Source: Camelus ferus (lineage: Eukaryota). From it: a DNA stretch of 64,000 nucleotides. The position numbers and the translations under genes were made by a program. The notes under the pieces are model-generated. The model had not been told where the DNA came from. It saw only the letters and a list, made by a program, of their open reading frames with translations, and made no database searches. The stretch is taken from assembly GCF_009834535.1 (NCBI RefSeq), contig NC_045697.1, positions 48,734,001-48,798,000 on the forward strand, read 5' to 3'. Of this stretch, positions 61,996 through 64,000 are shown piece by piece; positions within the stretch are counted from its first letter, which is position 1, and each line of letters opens with the position of its first letter.

Positions 61996-64000
61996 GAATT
62001 CAGCTCTTTTGAGCTCTCCTTTTCTTTTTTTTCTTTCTTTTTTTTTTTTTTTGGTGGCAGATAGTTTCAATTTTCATTTCAGTCTTTCCCTACTCCATGA
62101 AACATTTGCCCTAAATATGCAGCAAAATGGACTGATTCTCTTTTGTCTCTTGATTGAGATCTCCCTTTCTCTCTTACAGTTTGGCTTAAATGGCTTCAGT
62201 GGTTTCCCACTGCTGAAAGTTTAAATTTCAAACACCTTCATCTGTCCCTTCATACACTGTCTTCATCCTCCCTTTCAGATATGTGACACAGTATTTCAAA
62301 CACAAACTGTCTGCTTCAGCCACACTGTTCCCCGAAAACCAGAAGAGCACCCCTGAGTCTGAGCCTTTGCCTCAGGTGACTGCTCACCCCTCACTCTTAA
62401 TCCCCTCCTCTCAAGATCGCAGTCAGTAATACTGTACTCAGGAGAGCTGTCTGACCATCCAACCCACAGTTACCTCTATTCTGGATCCTAGAGCATCTGA
62501 CATCCTGGTCCAAGCTCTCATTTGAAGCTCAATTATAGTCACTGAGGTGGGTATCAGTACCCACCCATATACTGAAGTGGGTATCATATGTAAATTCAAC
62601 AAGCATTTATTGATCAGGCTTTGCGAATTCAGAGATGAAGCACACGAAGCCCCTATCCTCGCTGAGCCCACGTTCTACTAGAGAAGAGAGAAAGTAAACA
62701 AATGATTGCTTGGCCATGGCTGGCCATGTGCTTTGTCAGATGAACACACCAGGTACAGTGGTGGCCCAAAGACAGAAACAAAAGAATGAATCAAGGTTAA
62801 TGGCTTGAAGTCTGTGGTTTATCTTTCTCCCCACCAAATTTGCCCTCCTTCTGGCTGATCAAAAACACAGAGCTGGATCTGAACTATTTTAAGATCAGGT
62901 CCTACTTAAGGTCTTGCAACGACAGGCTCTGACCGGTTTCCCCTATCTGGCACCAGCCTCTCCCTGGAGTATATTTCCACCTTCTCTTCTACTTAGTTCA
63001 CCTCTATCTGCCTATTTATTTGTTTAAAATGTGAACCACCTGGTCAGGTACAGTAATCTAATTCTGCATTTGGTCTGAAGCCAATGCATTGAGGGCATTC
63101 AATAAATAATGGTGCCTGGTGTGGCTTTCCTAGATCCTGGCTGCAGAGGCCTGAGAGGTGAAGCTGAGACCCCAGAAGGCAAGCCCAAGAGACAGTGGAT
63201 GAAGAGTGGTGGAGCTCTGGAGACCCGGAGGCAAATTTGCTCAGATTGCCTGACGCAGAGATTATACACCTGTTGGGCTTGCTGCAGTGAAACCTACAAC
63301 ATGCAAATACTACTCCACTGAGTCGATGAGGGTGTGACTGTCTTCCTGCGACGATTTTCCCAGGCTCAGTCTGGGTAAAAGTACATAAAGGCTTCCTCCT
63401 TGTGAGCACACAGGCCTGTGTTTACTTGCCTTCATTAAGTAAATTCTCCTTCCTGTGAGTGGGTGGTTCTGGGAGGGGTGAGGCGGGAGTCTCTGCTGGA
63501 GTATAGGGGCGGTCCCAAGGGATGAAGAGCAGGGAGAAGACAGGAAGTCCTTAAAATAAGGTTTCTTGGACAACATGTGTCCACTTATCCATCAATCCAT
63601 CCATTCATCTTATTGATCTACCCCAGGATAGGCAGAGAGGCTACAAAGATGAATATCATCAGACCTGACTCATGGGAGATACTCAATAAATAACTGTGGA
63701 ATTAGTGATTTAAGTGTGTGCAGTGGTTTTACTTTGATTACCATTTCCGACTGGAAAACATTCTGTACTTTCTGTATGACAGATGCTGTCTAGCATATTT
63801 CAGCCCACAGTGAACAGAGGTATCATGGTCTGCATAAAATTGACCTTCCAGAATGTTCCCTACATTCTTGAACTTAGAGCCCAAGTTGGCTCATTTTTAA
63901 CCTTGTTCTCTGCAGTGCTCCCCCAATCTCCATTTATGAATCCACTGTTTGACCCCCTGTTTGGTTTCTCTTGGCTTCTGAATGAGAATTCAAATAGAGA

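Noticed and set aside
1..64000. CRISPR arrays, operons or other prokaryotic-type systems, and a name for the host gene
   Set aside because: No repeat-spacer arrays or gene-dense structure. No main coding exon of the host gene is recognisable, so any symbol would be a guess.

Overview
Ordinary mammalian genomic DNA, most likely camelid: three tRNA-derived SINEs resemble the camelid Vic-1 type, and I saw no Alu, B1/B2, Bov-tA or PRE-1 elements. The window centres on a CpG-island promoter (~23.9-24.8 kb). It appears to drive a minus-strand gene that I cannot name, whose main coding exons would lie left of the window. That gene has a first exon ending ATG|GTGAGT at 24150, a strong 132-nt internal exon at 6144-6013, and two candidate alternative first exons near 6.5 kb and 1.0 kb. 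A full-length HMGN1 processed pseudogene with an 11-bp TSD and poly(A) sits antisense in intron 1. The ~39 kb right of the island shows no recognisable coding gene and is a mosaic of MIR, L2, CR1/L3, L1, LTRs, hAT MITEs and microsatellites. Almost all ORFs in the supplied track are spurious or repeat-derived. I found no evidence for a new biological system; the best leads are the 5' exon/uORF architecture, paired CHR-like promoter elements and a possible L1 3' transduction. Repeat subfamily names come from recalled consensus sequences, not from a search, and many boundaries are approximate.
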